In this document: piece after piece, positions 28,458 through 38,502 of the stretch
Layout: every line of letters begins with the position of its first letter
Numbering within the stretch: position 1 is the first letter of the stretch
Source of the DNA: Candidatus Omnitrophota bacterium
Lineage (GTDB): Bacteria > Omnitrophota > Gorgyraeia > 2-02-FULL-51-18
Direction of reading: 5' to 3'
Length of the DNA stretch: 57,713 bases
NCBI GenBank assembly: GCA_016197155.1
Contig: JACPWF010000032.1
Span: 1-57,713 of the forward strand
Position numbers and translations under genes: made by a program
Notes under the pieces: generated by a model
Told to the model about the DNA's origin: nothing
Seen by the model: only the letters and a program-made list of their open reading frames with translations
Database searches by the model: none

Positions 28458-29597
28458 ATGACTCCCTATTTTATGGCCCTCGAAAAGAAACTGAAAATTC
28501 TCCACCTGACCTCTCACCTCGACATCGGAGGCATCACGAGCGTCCTTTTGACGTTGTCGAAGGCCTTCCGTGAAAACGGCCACGAGGTGGCGATTTTGTC
28601 CGGCGGCGGAAGCTGTGAAGAGGCGCTACGAGGGGCCGGCGCGCGCGTTTACACCTTCTCCATCCGCACCAAGAACGAACTTTCTCCGAAACTTTTTTTT
28701 GCGCTTCCTAAAATTATCCGTCTGGTTCGCGAGGAAAGATTTAATATTCTCCATGCCCATACCCGCGTAACGCAGGTTTTGGCCGCGATGGTTTCGCTGT
28801 TTACGAAAGTGCCGGTGGTGACCACGGCGCATGGTTTTTATAAACGCCGGCTGTTCAGGAAAATGTTTGGCGCCTGGGGAAAACGCGTGGTGGCCATCAG
28901 CCCTCTTGTGGCTGAGGAGCTTGAAAAAACGCATCGGGTGCCGCGTTCGAAAATTCGCATTGTTTATAACGGCATGGACATCGCGGATTTTAAAAGAAGG
29001 ATGATGGCTCACAATCCTGAATGGATCAAAAAAGAACTGGGGATTGATGAAAAAATATTTGTGATCGGGTCTATTTCAAGACTGGTGCACGACAAGGGCC
29101 AGCATTTTCTGATTGAAGCCGTAAAAAAATTAAACAAAAAACATAAAAATACCATTCTCGTTATCGTGGGTGATGGCCGCGAAAAGAAATCGCTCGAAAA
29201 ATTAGCCTCAAAACTTCCTAAAAATCAGGTGAAGTTTCTTTCCGCTCAGCCGGACATCACAGGCATTCTTTCGGTTCTCGACGTTTTTGTTCATCCGGCG
29301 ACGTTTCGTGAGGGGTTTGGTCTGACGCTTTTGGAGGCGATGACGGCGAAGATTCCGGTGATTGCGACGGACATTTGGGCGCTCAACACGATTATTCGAA
29401 ATGGAGTAAACGGCACGCTGGTTGCTCCCAAAAATGCCGATGAAATCAGCCGTGCGATAGAATCCGTGATCGAGCATCCCGAGACGGCAGGCTCCGTGGC
29501 GGAAAATGCGTTTGAAATGTGCTCCAAACTTTATTCGGCCGAGCGGATGGCCGCGGAATTGGAAACCGTGTACGGCGAGGTGTTGAATGAGCCTTAA
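28458..29597 (+). CDS. Glycosyltransferase family 4 (start possibly ATG 28473)
   Basis: LKILHL..DIGG, ILHAH, EGFGLTLLEAM, GVNGTLV. Confidence 0.93.
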   Translation: MTPYFMALEKKLKILHLTSHLDIGGITSVLLTLSKAFRENGHEVAILSGGGSCEEALRGAGARVYTFSIRTKNELSPKLFFALPKIIRLVREERFNILHAHTRVTQVLAAMVSLFTKVPVVTTAHGFYKRRLFRKMFGAWGKRVVAISPLVAEELEKTHRVPRSKIRIVYNGMDIADFKRRMMAHNPEWIKKELGIDEKIFVIGSISRLVHDKGQHFLIEAVKKLNKKHKNTILVIVGDGREKKSLEKLASKLPKNQVKFLSAQPDITGILSVLDVFVHPATFREGFGLTLLEAMTAKIPVIATDIWALNTIIRNGVNGTLVAPKNADEISRAIESVIEHPETAGSVAENAFEMCSKLYSAERMAAELETVYGEVLNEP

Positions 29598-30426
29598 AAA
29601 TTTGAACGTCGTTTCTTTTGAAAGCCGTCTCTCCAAAACAATGGGGGATCTCATTCAGCTTAACGGCGGCCGTCCGATTCTCGCGCCGGCGATGAAAGAA
29701 GTGCCGCTCGAAAATAATCCCGCGGCTTTTTCATTCGCGGAAAAAATTTTAAAGGGCGAGATCGACACGGTCATTTTTTTGACGGGGGTCGGAACGAAGG
29801 CCCTCATGGCCGCCATCGAGACGCGCCACAAAAAAGAAATCGTCCTCGAGGCGCTTCGAAAAACCTGCGTGGTGGCGCGCGGCCCCAAACCCACGCGGGT
29901 TCTGAAGGAATGGAATGTTCCGATCCAGGTCGCGGTGCCCGAACCCAACACCTGGCGGGAAATTTTAAGTTCGCTGGATCAATATAAAGAAAAATATCCC
30001 GTGAATGGCCGCCGCGTGGCCGTGCAGGAGTACGGCGTGCCGAGCCCCGAGCTTGCGGCGGGATTGGAGGAGAGGGGCGCCGACGTGCTCCCCGTTCCGG
30101 TTTATCGCTGGGCGCTCCCGGACGACACCGGACCGCTTCAAGGCGCGGTCGCGATGATTTGCGAAGGAAAGGCCGACGTGGTGATCTTTACGACGTCGGT
30201 GCAAATTCAGCATCTGTTTCAAATCGCCAAAGAAATGGGCGCAGGGGAGAAATTAAAAAAGGCGTTCGCTCAGACTGTTGTGGCATCCGTAGGCCCCGAT
30301 TGCACTGAGGCGATCCGGTCATTCGGGATCACGGTGGACATTGAGCCTACGCACCCGAAGATGGGGCCGCTCGTCACGGAAACGGCAAACAAGGCCGAAG
30401 AAATTTTGAAACGAAAAAGAAAATGA
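29587..30426 (+). CDS. hemD: Uroporphyrinogen-III synthase
   Basis: FESR, FLTGVG, ARGPKP, AVQEYG, PVYRW, FTTSVQ, SVGP; lies in a hem cluster. Confidence 0.9.
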   Translation: MSLKNLNVVSFESRLSKTMGDLIQLNGGRPILAPAMKEVPLENNPAAFSFAEKILKGEIDTVIFLTGVGTKALMAAIETRHKKEIVLEALRKTCVVARGPKPTRVLKEWNVPIQVAVPEPNTWREILSSLDQYKEKYPVNGRRVAVQEYGVPSPELAAGLEERGADVLPVPVYRWALPDDTGPLQGAVAMICEGKADVVIFTTSVQIQHLFQIAKEMGAGEKLKKAFAQTVVASVGPDCTEAIRSFGITVDIEPTHPKMGPLVTETANKAEEILKRKRK

Positions 30427-31457
30427 AAGAAAGTATTTTCCTGAAAGCCTGCCGGCGCCAGAAATCGCCGGTGACACCCGTCTGGCTCATGCGCCAGGCC
30501 GGGCGCTACATGAAGGATTACCGCGCGATCCGCGAGAAAACCCCTTTTTTGGAAATTTGCAAAAATAAGGACCTGGTCACCGAGATCACCGTGACCGCGC
30601 AGGCAAAAATCAAAGCGGACGCGGCGATTATTTTTGCGGACATCCTGCTCATCCTCGAGTCCTTCGGGCTGGGGCTCGATTATTTGAAAGGGGACGGTCC
30701 CGCGGTCGCTCGCCCGATCCGCGCCGGAGGGGACGTTCAGAATTTACCGGAGGTTAATCCCGCGGAAAGTCTCGGATTTGTTTTGGACGCGATCCGGCAG
30801 ACGCGCTCGGCGCTCCCGAAAAATATTCCCCTCATCGGTTTTGCCGGCGCGCCGTTCACGATCGCGTCCTACATGATCGAGGGCGGCGCGTCGAAAGATT
30901 TTCGGGAAACGAAAAAGCGGATGCTGTCGGACGAGCCGCTTTGGAATCTTTTGATGGAAAAAATCGTTCGCGCGACCGTTCTTTATTTGAATGAACAGAT
31001 CCGCGCGGGCGCCGACGCTCTACAGCTTTTCGACAGCTGGGTGGGCTGTCTTTCGCCGGAGGAATACAGGCGGTTCGTTTTGCCGCACACGAAGAAATTA
31101 ATCGAAGGAGTGAACGGCGGCGCACCGCTCATCCATTTTGGGACGGGCACCGGAAAGTTTCTCGATCTTTTGCGCGATGCGGGCGGGGACGTGATCGGCG
31201 TCGATCACCGCATCGGGCTTGGGGAAGCTTGGAAGAAGATCGGCTACGACCGCGCGGTGCAGGGAAATCTCGATCCGAATATTTTGGCGACGGGATCTCT
31301 TGAGGAGATCCGGCGTGAGGTAAAAAGAATTTTAGCGGAAGCCGAAGGCCGGGCAGGGCACATTTTTAATTTAGGGCACGGGGTTCTCCGGCAAACACCG
31401 GTGGAAAACGCGATTGCCGTTGTGGAAATGGTGCATGAGTTTAGCGGAAAGTCATGA
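30423..31457 (+). CDS. hemE: Uroporphyrinogen decarboxylase
   Basis: [31 protein letters not shown]. Confidence 0.97.
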   Translation: MKESIFLKACRRQKSPVTPVWLMRQAGRYMKDYRAIREKTPFLEICKNKDLVTEITVTAQAKIKADAAIIFADILLILESFGLGLDYLKGDGPAVARPIRAGGDVQNLPEVNPAESLGFVLDAIRQTRSALPKNIPLIGFAGAPFTIASYMIEGGASKDFRETKKRMLSDEPLWNLLMEKIVRATVLYLNEQIRAGADALQLFDSWVGCLSPEEYRRFVLPHTKKLIEGVNGGAPLIHFGTGTGKFLDLLRDAGGDVIGVDHRIGLGEAWKKIGYDRAVQGNLDPNILATGSLEEIRREVKRILAEAEGRAGHIFNLGHGVLRQTPVENAIAVVEMVHEFSGKS

Positions 31458-32338
31458 GTAAGACGGCCATTCTCCTCATCGGTTTCGGCGGTCCCGAGCG
31501 CCGCGCGGATTTTGAGCCATTTTTGCGAAGCGTGGCTCAGGGGACAAATATTCCCGATCGCCGCATCCGGGAGGTCCTGCGCCACTACGAGCTTGTCGGC
31601 CCGTCGCCCTACAACGCTCAGGTTTTCCGGATAAAGGAAGCGCTTGAAAAACGCGCGGGCGCGCCTGTTTTCGCCGGTTTCCGCCATTCGGCGCCGTCCA
31701 TTGAAGAGGCCTGCGAGCGGCTAAAAAAAGAAAGAATCGAAAAAACGGTTTGTTTTGTTTTGGCGCCTTTTCGCTGTTATGCGAGTTTTGAAAAATATAA
31801 GGCGAAGGTCGACCCGTCGCTGAATATTGTTTTTACCCCGCCTTTTCACAATCACCCTTTGTTCATTGAGGCGCAGGCGGAACAGATCGGACCGGGTCCG
31901 GTTGACGATGCGACATTTTTTATTTTCTCCGCGCATTCCATTCCGCAGAAAATGGACGACGAAAGCGCTTATTCACTGCAATTTCGTGAAACGGCCTCTT
32001 TGGCGGCCAAGAAGGCAGGCCTCAAGCATTGGGAGATTGCTTACCAGAGTAGGAGCGCCCGCCCCCGCCTGCCAGATGGCGGGCAGGGGAATCCCGCCGA
32101 ACCCTGGCTCGAGCCGAGCCTTGAGAAGGCATTGGAGCGCGTCGATGGAAAAAAATTCAAAACGGTCTGCGTCATTCCCGCGGGATTTTTGGTGGAAAAT
32201 ATGGAAATTCTTTATGACCTGGACATTGAATTCCGAAAAAACGCCGAGGGAAAGGGATTCAGCTACTTCCGCGCTCGGACCGTGGCGGATCATCCCCGAT
32301 TCATCGAAATGATGGGGCAAATGCCATGCCAAACGTAG
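31454..32338 (+). CDS. hemH: Ferrochelatase (HemH/CpfC)
   Basis: [24 protein letters not shown]...[19 protein letters not shown]. Confidence 0.93.
   Translation: MSKTAILLIGFGGPERRADFEPFLRSVAQGTNIPDRRIREVLRHYELVGPSPYNAQVFRIKEALEKRAGAPVFAGFRHSAPSIEEACERLKKERIEKTVCFVLAPFRCYASFEKYKAKVDPSLNIVFTPPFHNHPLFIEAQAEQIGPGPVDDATFFIFSAHSIPQKMDDESAYSLQFRETASLAAKKAGLKHWEIAYQSRSARPRLPDGGQGNPAEPWLEPSLEKALERVDGKKFKTVCVIPAGFLVENMEILYDLDIEFRKNAEGKGFSYFRARTVADHPRFIEMMGQMPCQT
32064..32087. repeat. REP-like palindrome inserted in-frame in hemH
   Basis: CCCGCCTGCCAGATGGCGGGCAGG lengthens the QSR...PWLEP loop (PRLPDGGQG). Confidence 0.7.
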
Positions 32339-33762
32339 CCATCATCGGCGGTGGCATCGCGGGCCTCGCCTGCGCCCACCGTCTTCGGGAGCTGAGCGCT
32401 CATCCTGAGCGAAGCGAAGGATCCGCTCTTGAATTTAAAATATTCGAATCGGGCCCCCGGCTCGGCGGCCCGATCGAGACGGAAAAAAGGGACGGGTTTC
32501 TTTTGGAGAAGGGGGCCGACTCTTTTATTTCCGAAAAGCCCGCCGCGCTCCGGCTCTGCGAACGTCTGGGAATTTCATCCACCGTCATCAACACCGAAGA
32601 AAATAACCGCCGGATCTTTATCGTCAAAGACGGGCGGCTCGTTTCTCTGCCGGAAGGATTTTATCTCGTGGCGCCCGGAAAGGTCCGCTCATTTTTGGCG
32701 AGCCCCTTATTTTCCTGGCCCGGCAAGGTCCGCATGCTTTTGGAACCGTGGGCGCCGCCGAAATATTCGGCCGACGAGGAGACCGTGGCGGCCTTTCTTC
32801 GCCGGCGGTTCGGAACCGAGGCGCTCGCGCGGGTCGGCCAGCCGATGCTGGCCGGCATTTACACGGGCGATGCCGAGCGGCTCAGCATGAATGCTGTCAT
32901 GCCGTGGTTTCTTGAGCTCGAAAAAAAATACGGCAGTGTCACGCGCGGGTTGAGAAAGAACCTGAAAGACAAAAAAAGGGATTGGGACGCCGTGCGCGGG
33001 CCGCGCTACAGCCTTTTTCTCTCGCTGAATGAAGGGATGGGTGCGCTCATCCGGGCCCTTGTTTCGAAATTGCCGCCCGAATCCGTTTTTCTGAACTGCC
33101 GGATCAAAAATATTTCCTACGATCACGAAAAAAAGGTTTGGGTACTCCTCGACGAAAAAGGGACGCGCCACACCGCGGACGCCGTTTGCGCGGCGGTTCC
33201 TCCGCGCGCCGCAGGGGATTTTTTGAATATTCATAACCAATTGAATATAAATGAGTTATACCATTTCGAATACGAATCGCTCGCGGCGATTCACCTCGCC
33301 TACAAAAAAGAACAGTTTCGCCGGCCCCTTTCGGGTTTTGGATTCATCAGCCCCAGACTGGAGAAAAATCCGCTCATTGCCTGCACATTTTCCAGCCAAA
33401 AGTTTAAAAACAGGGCGCCGGAGGGATTTGAACTTTTGCGCGCGTTTGTGGGCGGCGCTTTCGGGAAAAATTTTTATGAAAAAGAAGACGCGGATCTCAT
33501 GGGCCTCGTCGGGGAAAATTTGTCGGCGCTTTTGGGCATCAAAGGAAGGCCGGTTTTCTCGGCGCTTCATCGCCATCCGCGTTCTATGGTACAATACACT
33601 CTCGGCCACCGGTCCCGGGTCGAAAAAATTCGGGAAGAGGCGCGCCGGTTCCCCCGCCTTTTTTTCGCCGGAAGCGCGTACGACGGCGTGGGGATTCCCG
33701 ATTGCGTCAAAAGCGGTGAAACGGCGGCTGAGGAGATTTTTGAAGGAGAAACCTATGCTTAA
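32326..33762 (+). CDS. hemY: Protoporphyrinogen/coproporphyrinogen oxidase (HemY family)
   Basis: IIGGGIAGL, EKGADSF, GIYTGD...LS, QYTLGH, GVGIPDC. Confidence 0.95.
   Translation: MPNVAIIGGGIAGLACAHRLRELSAHPERSEGSALEFKIFESGPRLGGPIETEKRDGFLLEKGADSFISEKPAALRLCERLGISSTVINTEENNRRIFIVKDGRLVSLPEGFYLVAPGKVRSFLASPLFSWPGKVRMLLEPWAPPKYSADEETVAAFLRRRFGTEALARVGQPMLAGIYTGDAERLSMNAVMPWFLELEKKYGSVTRGLRKNLKDKKRDWDAVRGPRYSLFLSLNEGMGALIRALVSKLPPESVFLNCRIKNISYDHEKKVWVLLDEKGTRHTADAVCAAVPPRAAGDFLNIHNQLNINELYHFEYESLAAIHLAYKKEQFRRPLSGFGFISPRLEKNPLIACTFSSQKFKNRAPEGFELLRAFVGGAFGKNFYEKEDADLMGLVGENLSALLGIKGRPVFSALHRHPRSMVQYTLGHRSRVEKIREEARRFPRLFFAGSAYDGVGIPDCVKSGETAAEEIFEGETYA
32399..32423. repeat. REP-like element inserted in-frame in hemY
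   Basis: CTCATCCTGAGCGAAGCGAAGGATC (ATCCT...AGGAT stem) encodes HPERSEGS in the loop after the Rossmann helix. Confidence 0.65.
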
Positions 33763-34363
33763 ACTCTATTGTTTCCCGCGATCCGGAAATTCCCGCGAAG
33801 TCAAAATTGTTCTCGCCGAAAAAAATATTCCCTTTGAGCCCGTCAATGTCCACGCCGACGAATCCGTGAAAAAATCCCCCGAATTTGTGAAGGCGAGCCC
33901 GAACGGCAAGGTCCCCGCCATCATCGACGGCGGCGTTTACATGAACGAAGCGTTTCTCATCAACCAATACCTCGACGAAAAATATCCGGCCCCGCCGCTC
34001 ATGCCCAAAACCGACCCGGCCAGGGAAGAGATCCGCCGCTTCGTGAACGCGATCGACAAAAAAATGGTTTTGAATATCGGGCTTCTCGTGATCGAGTGTC
34101 TGCTGAAGCCAAAGGGCGAACAGCGCGAGGATTTTAAGGAGAAAAAACGCGCCGAGGTGCTCGAGGGCCTGCGCGAAATCGACCAAATGCTGAGCGGGCG
34201 GCAATACCTGTTCGGCGATTTTTCGCTCGCGGACGTGGCCGTGACGCCGCACCTGGCCGCGCTTCCGGTTTTGGGAACGGGCATTCCTTCCGAATTTAAA
34301 AATGCCACCGCCTGGTTTGAGCTCGTGAAGGCCAGGCCCAGTTTCAAAAAATCCGGGGAGTGA
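33755..34363 (+). CDS. Glutathione S-transferase family protein
   Basis: RBS GAAGGAG, ATG 33755; MLKLY, SPNGKVP, YLFGDFSLAD. The longer 33251 ORF start overlaps hemY and is not credible. Confidence 0.92.
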   Translation: MLKLYCFPRSGNSREVKIVLAEKNIPFEPVNVHADESVKKSPEFVKASPNGKVPAIIDGGVYMNEAFLINQYLDEKYPAPPLMPKTDPAREEIRRFVNAIDKKMVLNIGLLVIECLLKPKGEQREDFKEKKRAEVLEGLREIDQMLSGRQYLFGDFSLADVAVTPHLAALPVLGTGIPSEFKNATAWFELVKARPSFKKSGE

Positions 34364-36192
34364 TGGAATTCTCCAAATCCATCCAGGTCGCCGAAGAGGC
34401 GCGCGAAGAAGCGGGCCGTTACCCCAGTTTTGTCGGCGACCTTTTTGTCGGGCGAATCCGTTGGGAGCTCATTTTTCCTTATCCGGACCAGGACCCCGCC
34501 GACAAAAAAATCGGCGATGAATTCTTAAAAAAACTCGAGGCGTTTTTAAAATCAAAAGTCGACGCCGACGCGATCGACCGCACGGGGATCATTCCGGACG
34601 ACGTGATGAAGGGCCTGGCGGAGCTGGGCTGTTTCGGCATCAAGATTCCCAAAGAATACGGGGGCCTCGGGTTTTCGCAGATCAATTACAACCGCGCGGT
34701 GGCGCTCGTCGCCAGCCACTGCGGGTCCACGGCGGTTTTATTGTCCGCGCATCAGAGCATCGGCGTGCCCCAGCCTCTCAAGCTCTTCGGCACGCCGGAA
34801 CAGAAGAAAAAATACCTGCCGCTTTTCGCGAAAGGGGCCGTGTCGGCCTTCGCGCTCACCGAACCCGACGTGGGGTCGGACCCCGCCAAGATGAGCACCA
34901 CCGCGACGCCGGTCGAAGGCGGGGCTTTTTATCTTTTGAACGGCGAAAAACTCTGGTGCACCAACGGCACGATCGCCGACGTCATCGTCGTCATGGCCAA
35001 AACCCCGTCCGTGACCGTGAACGGCCGCGAGAAAACGCAGATCACGGCGTTCATCGTCGAAAAAAATATGCCGGGGTTCGAGGTCGCGCACCGCTGTAGT
35101 TTCATGGGTTTAAAAGGCATTCAAAACGGCCTTTTGCGTTTTAAAAACGTGAAGGTTCCGAAAGAAAATATCATCTGGGGCCTCGGGCAGGGGTTAAAAT
35201 TGGCGCTGGTGACGCTCAACACGGGCCGTCTCACGGTTCCCGCCGCCTGCGGGGCGATGGCCAAAAAATCCCTCCTCATCGCGCGGGATTGGGCGAATAA
35301 ACGCGTCCAGTGGGGCGCCCCGATCGGCCATCACGAGGCGATCACGTCGAAAATTTCCATGATGTCCGCCACGACGTTCGCGATGGACAGCGTCACCTGG
35401 CTTTCGTCCGCGTTTGTCGACAAAGGCAAGATCGACATACGGCTCGAGGCGGCGATGGCGAAACTTTTCTGCACGGAGGCCGCCTGGCGCATCGCCGACG
35501 ACACGGTGCAGATCCGGGGCGGGCGCGGCTACGAGACCGCCGATTCCTTAAAAGGAAGAGGCGAGGAGCCGATCCCCGTCGAGCGCTTCATGCGCGACGC
35601 GCGGATCAATCTCATCATTGAGGGCACGAGCGAGATCATGCATCTTTTCATCGCGCGCGAGGCGATGGACCCGCATCTGAAACGGATCCTGCCGCTCTTA
35701 AGTCCGCGCACGGGCCTCCCGGAAAAATTAAAAAAGATGATGGCGGCGTTTTTCCACTACGCGGTGTGGTACCCGCGGCAGTGGGTGTACCTCGACCGGT
35801 GGAGAAATCACGCGAAGGTCTCATCCGTGATCTGGCGCCACATCCGTTTCATCGAAAAAACCAGCCATCGCCTCGCGCGCGAACTCTTCCACGCGATGGC
35901 CGTTTATCAGGCAGGGCTTGAGAAACACCAGCAGATCCTCACGCGCTTTGTGAATATCGGGACAGACCTTTTCGCGATGGCGGCCGCCTGTTCACGGGCT
36001 TCTTATTTGGCGGGACAGGGCATCGATGAGGGCTGTGAGGAACTGGCGGATTTATTTTGCAAAGAGGCGCGCCTGCGCGTCGAGCGCGAGTTTCGCGCCC
36101 AGCGTGAAAATGACGATAAAATGATTTACAGGGTCGGCAGAAAAATGCTTGAGGGCCGCTACCGATGGCTCGAAGAGGGGATCGTGAAGTGA
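34360..36192 (+). CDS. Acyl-CoA dehydrogenase (long, ACAD9/VLCAD-like)
   Basis: IPKEYGGLG, AHQSIG, FALTEPDVGSD, NGEKLWCTN, RVQWG, GGRGYE, IIEGTSEI. Confidence 0.95.
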   Translation: MMEFSKSIQVAEEAREEAGRYPSFVGDLFVGRIRWELIFPYPDQDPADKKIGDEFLKKLEAFLKSKVDADAIDRTGIIPDDVMKGLAELGCFGIKIPKEYGGLGFSQINYNRAVALVASHCGSTAVLLSAHQSIGVPQPLKLFGTPEQKKKYLPLFAKGAVSAFALTEPDVGSDPAKMSTTATPVEGGAFYLLNGEKLWCTNGTIADVIVVMAKTPSVTVNGREKTQITAFIVEKNMPGFEVAHRCSFMGLKGIQNGLLRFKNVKVPKENIIWGLGQGLKLALVTLNTGRLTVPAACGAMAKKSLLIARDWANKRVQWGAPIGHHEAITSKISMMSATTFAMDSVTWLSSAFVDKGKIDIRLEAAMAKLFCTEAAWRIADDTVQIRGGRGYETADSLKGRGEEPIPVERFMRDARINLIIEGTSEIMHLFIAREAMDPHLKRILPLLSPRTGLPEKLKKMMAAFFHYAVWYPRQWVYLDRWRNHAKVSSVIWRHIRFIEKTSHRLARELFHAMAVYQAGLEKHQQILTRFVNIGTDLFAMAAACSRASYLAGQGIDEGCEELADLFCKEARLRVEREFRAQRENDDKMIYRVGRKMLEGRYRWLEEGIVK

Positions 36193-36743
36193 AAAAAACG
36201 GTTTTGGTGGCGCTGGCGGACGGATTTGAGGAGATTGAGGCGGTCACGCCGATCGATGTCCTTCGCCGCGCGGGGCTCGACGTGATCGTCGCCGGCGTCG
36301 GAAAAAAAGAAATCTCCGGCGCGCACGGCATCACGATCCGGGCGGACGTGATGCTCGAGGACTATCGGGATTTGCCGGACGCCGTTGTTTTGCCGGGGGG
36401 CATGCCCGGCGCGGACAATTTAAAAAAATCAAAAGCGCTCGGCGCGCTCCTTTCCAAAATGGATCAAAATAAAAAGTTAATCGGCGCCATCTGCGCGGCG
36501 CCCGCGCGGGTCCTGGCCGGCGCGGGCATTCTCGACGGAAAAAAAGCGACGTGCTATCCGGGCTACGAAAACGACCTCGGCGCCAAAACCACCTTTGTCA
36601 CCGACCGGGTCGTCAAAGACGGCCGTGTCATCACCAGCCGCGGGCCCGGCACCGCGCTTGAATTTGCGCTCGAGCTGGTTTGTGAGTTGACGGATTCCCG
36701 GACAGCCGGCAGGCTCGCCCAAGCGCTGATCGCGCGATCTTAA
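36189..36743 (+). CDS. DJ-1/PfpI (YajL/ThiJ) family protein
   Basis: GTG start overlaps the upstream stop; GFEEIEA, LPGGMPG, AICAAP, TSRGPGT. Confidence 0.95.
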   Translation: MKKTVLVALADGFEEIEAVTPIDVLRRAGLDVIVAGVGKKEISGAHGITIRADVMLEDYRDLPDAVVLPGGMPGADNLKKSKALGALLSKMDQNKKLIGAICAAPARVLAGAGILDGKKATCYPGYENDLGAKTTFVTDRVVKDGRVITSRGPGTALEFALELVCELTDSRTAGRLAQALIARS

Positions 36744-36763
36744 TTTTTAAAACCTCCCTGGAC

Positions 36764-36792
36764 TTGACAAATGAAATACAATGTAATACAAT
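36764..36792 (+). promoter_or_regulatory. Sigma70 promoter of the TA operon with a direct-repeat operator
   Basis: TTGACA (36764)-17 bp-TACAAT (36787); AATACAAT repeated at 36775 and 36785. Confidence 0.75.
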
Positions 36793-36798
36793 TTACTC

Positions 36799-37065
36799 AT
36801 GAGGGTCTTATACGGCAGGCGCATCGCCAAGAAAGTAAAAACCCATAAAATTCCAAAAGAGATATGGGTCGATTTTAGGGACGCATTCGAAAGTTTTTCA
36901 GTCAGCCGCAATTTTAGATTATTTGACATAAAGAAATTAACAAACAAAGGGCCTTACGTTTATTACAGGCTTCGGATCAGAACGTATCGAGCCCTATTTC
37001 ATATGGACGATCAGAATCTTCATGTGGAAGATATAGGCCCAAGAGGAGGTGTCTATCAGCCATGA
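36799..37065 (+). CDS. RelE/ParE-family toxin
   Basis: 88 aa, basic; DIKKL...YYRLRIRTYRALF...IGPRGGVY. Confidence 0.85.
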   Translation: MRVLYGRRIAKKVKTHKIPKEIWVDFRDAFESFSVSRNFRLFDIKKLTNKGPYVYYRLRIRTYRALFHMDDQNLHVEDIGPRGGVYQP

Positions 37066-37277
37066 GCGTCAAAACCGTTCGGTTCAATAAAGAAGAAGAA
37101 TCGATGTTGAAAAGTCTCCTCAGTTACTATCACGCCGATTTTTCTCATTGCATCAAGGATCTGATCGTGGAGAAACTCGAAGATTTACGGGATATCGGCG
37201 TTGTCCGACTTTTGAGAGAGGGGAAACGGGCGGATTATTTGTTGGCTGATCAAATCACCGCGCTTTTTGATGATTGA
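37062..37277 (+). CDS. Ribbon-helix-helix antitoxin (DUF6290/CopG-like)
   Basis: SVKTVRFNKEEE...EKLEDLRD; ATGA overlap with the toxin gene. Confidence 0.75.
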   Translation: MSVKTVRFNKEEESMLKSLLSYYHADFSHCIKDLIVEKLEDLRDIGVVRLLREGKRADYLLADQITALFDD

Positions 37278-38190
37278 AAATATTTTCTCCTGGTCGAAGT
37301 CCACAGACGAAAAATTCCGCGACTGCGCGCGCAAATATTATTACGACAAATACCTCTCCTGGGGCGGATGGGAGTCCGGCGCTTCCGCCCGGACCCGCTC
37401 GGCCTACGTCCTTAAAAATTTAAAAAACCGCTGGGCGTGGCGCGGCGAGCGCGTGCATCACGTCATCGAGCATGTCCTCAAATCCCTCCGGCAGGGCCGC
37501 GCGGTCCCGTTGGAGGAGGCCCTCTCGCATTTGACGCGCATCATGCGCGAAGATTACCTGGCCTCCAAAGCGAAAAAATACCTCGAGAATCCCAAAAGAA
37601 ATCTCGGGCTTTTTGAGCATGAGTACGAGAAAAATATCGAGGATCCCGTCTGGAAACGGGTCCACGAAGGGGCCGTCGAATGCGTCCAAAATTTTTACCG
37701 CTCGGATTTTTTTAAGGAACTTTCGGAGGAGGACAAGGCGCACTGGCTTTTGATCGAGGATTTGGAAGCATTCACGTTTGACGGCGCCAAGATTTACGTG
37801 AAGCTCGATTTTGCCAGAAGAAAAAATGACGCGATCGAGATCATCGACTGGAAAACCGGCAAGAATGAAAACGCGGCGCCCTCGGTCCAGATCGGGGCCT
37901 ACGCGATCTACGCGATGCAGAAATGGCAGGTGCCGCTCGAGGGTGTTCGCGCCTATCTTTTTAATCTCGCGAGCCCCTTTCCCGTCCCAACCCTCCAAAT
38001 CCTCACGCCGGCGCTGATCGAGGCGACTCAAAACACCATGGCCGAGAGTATCGGCCGGATGCGTTCCCTTTTGGCGGACCCGGCGAAAAATATTCCCAAA
38101 TCCGCAGACCATTTTCCATTCACGGAAAAACCAGAGCTCTGCGCGCAGTGCAATTTTTACAAGATCTGCGAGAAGTATTGTAAATCTTGA
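37270..38190 (+). CDS. PD-(D/E)XK nuclease with Fe-S staple (AddB/Cas4-like)
   Basis: FSWS..., N-terminal C (DCARKYY), GERVH, KLD...IIDWKTG, QIGAY, C-terminal CAQCNFYKIC. Confidence 0.88.
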   Translation: MIENIFSWSKSTDEKFRDCARKYYYDKYLSWGGWESGASARTRSAYVLKNLKNRWAWRGERVHHVIEHVLKSLRQGRAVPLEEALSHLTRIMREDYLASKAKKYLENPKRNLGLFEHEYEKNIEDPVWKRVHEGAVECVQNFYRSDFFKELSEEDKAHWLLIEDLEAFTFDGAKIYVKLDFARRKNDAIEIIDWKTGKNENAAPSVQIGAYAIYAMQKWQVPLEGVRAYLFNLASPFPVPTLQILTPALIEATQNTMAESIGRMRSLLADPAKNIPKSADHFPFTEKPELCAQCNFYKICEKYCKS

Positions 38191-38264
38191 TTGGGCCCCC
38201 CGCATTTGGTATCCTATAAGGGTCTTTCATTCAACCTATATTTTACATAAACTATTTAAAATAA

Positions 38265-38498
38265 ATGAGTTGTGAATACACGGAAAGCCTCGATGCCTCG
38301 TGGCAGCTTTGTCCGGTCCCCATTTTGATGACTGAGGAAAGAATAAAGGAAATGAAAAAGGGGGCGGTTCTCCGGGTCGTTTTCACGGACCCGGGCGCGG
38401 TGCCCGACCTCGAGGCCTGGTGCGCGGCGGCCGGACACCGGATTTTGGGATTTGAGAACGAAAAACCAAGAAGTTTCGCGTACATCCGGAAAGGGTGA
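38265..38498 (+). CDS. tusA: TusA/SirA-family sulfur carrier
   Basis: LDA...LCPVP, TDPGAVPDLEAWC...GH. Confidence 0.85.
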   Translation: MSCEYTESLDASWQLCPVPILMTEERIKEMKKGAVLRVVFTDPGAVPDLEAWCAAAGHRILGFENEKPRSFAYIRKG

Positions 38499-38502
38499 GG
38501 CC

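Noticed and set aside
27379-28458. 359-aa plus-strand Thr/His/Ser-rich ORF
   Set aside because: Antisense shadow of the Gly-rich repeat gene, which has the RBS, signal peptide and EF-hand.
37270-38190. Cas4 of a CRISPR system
   Set aside because: No array or other cas genes in the window; treated as a solo PD-(D/E)XK nuclease.
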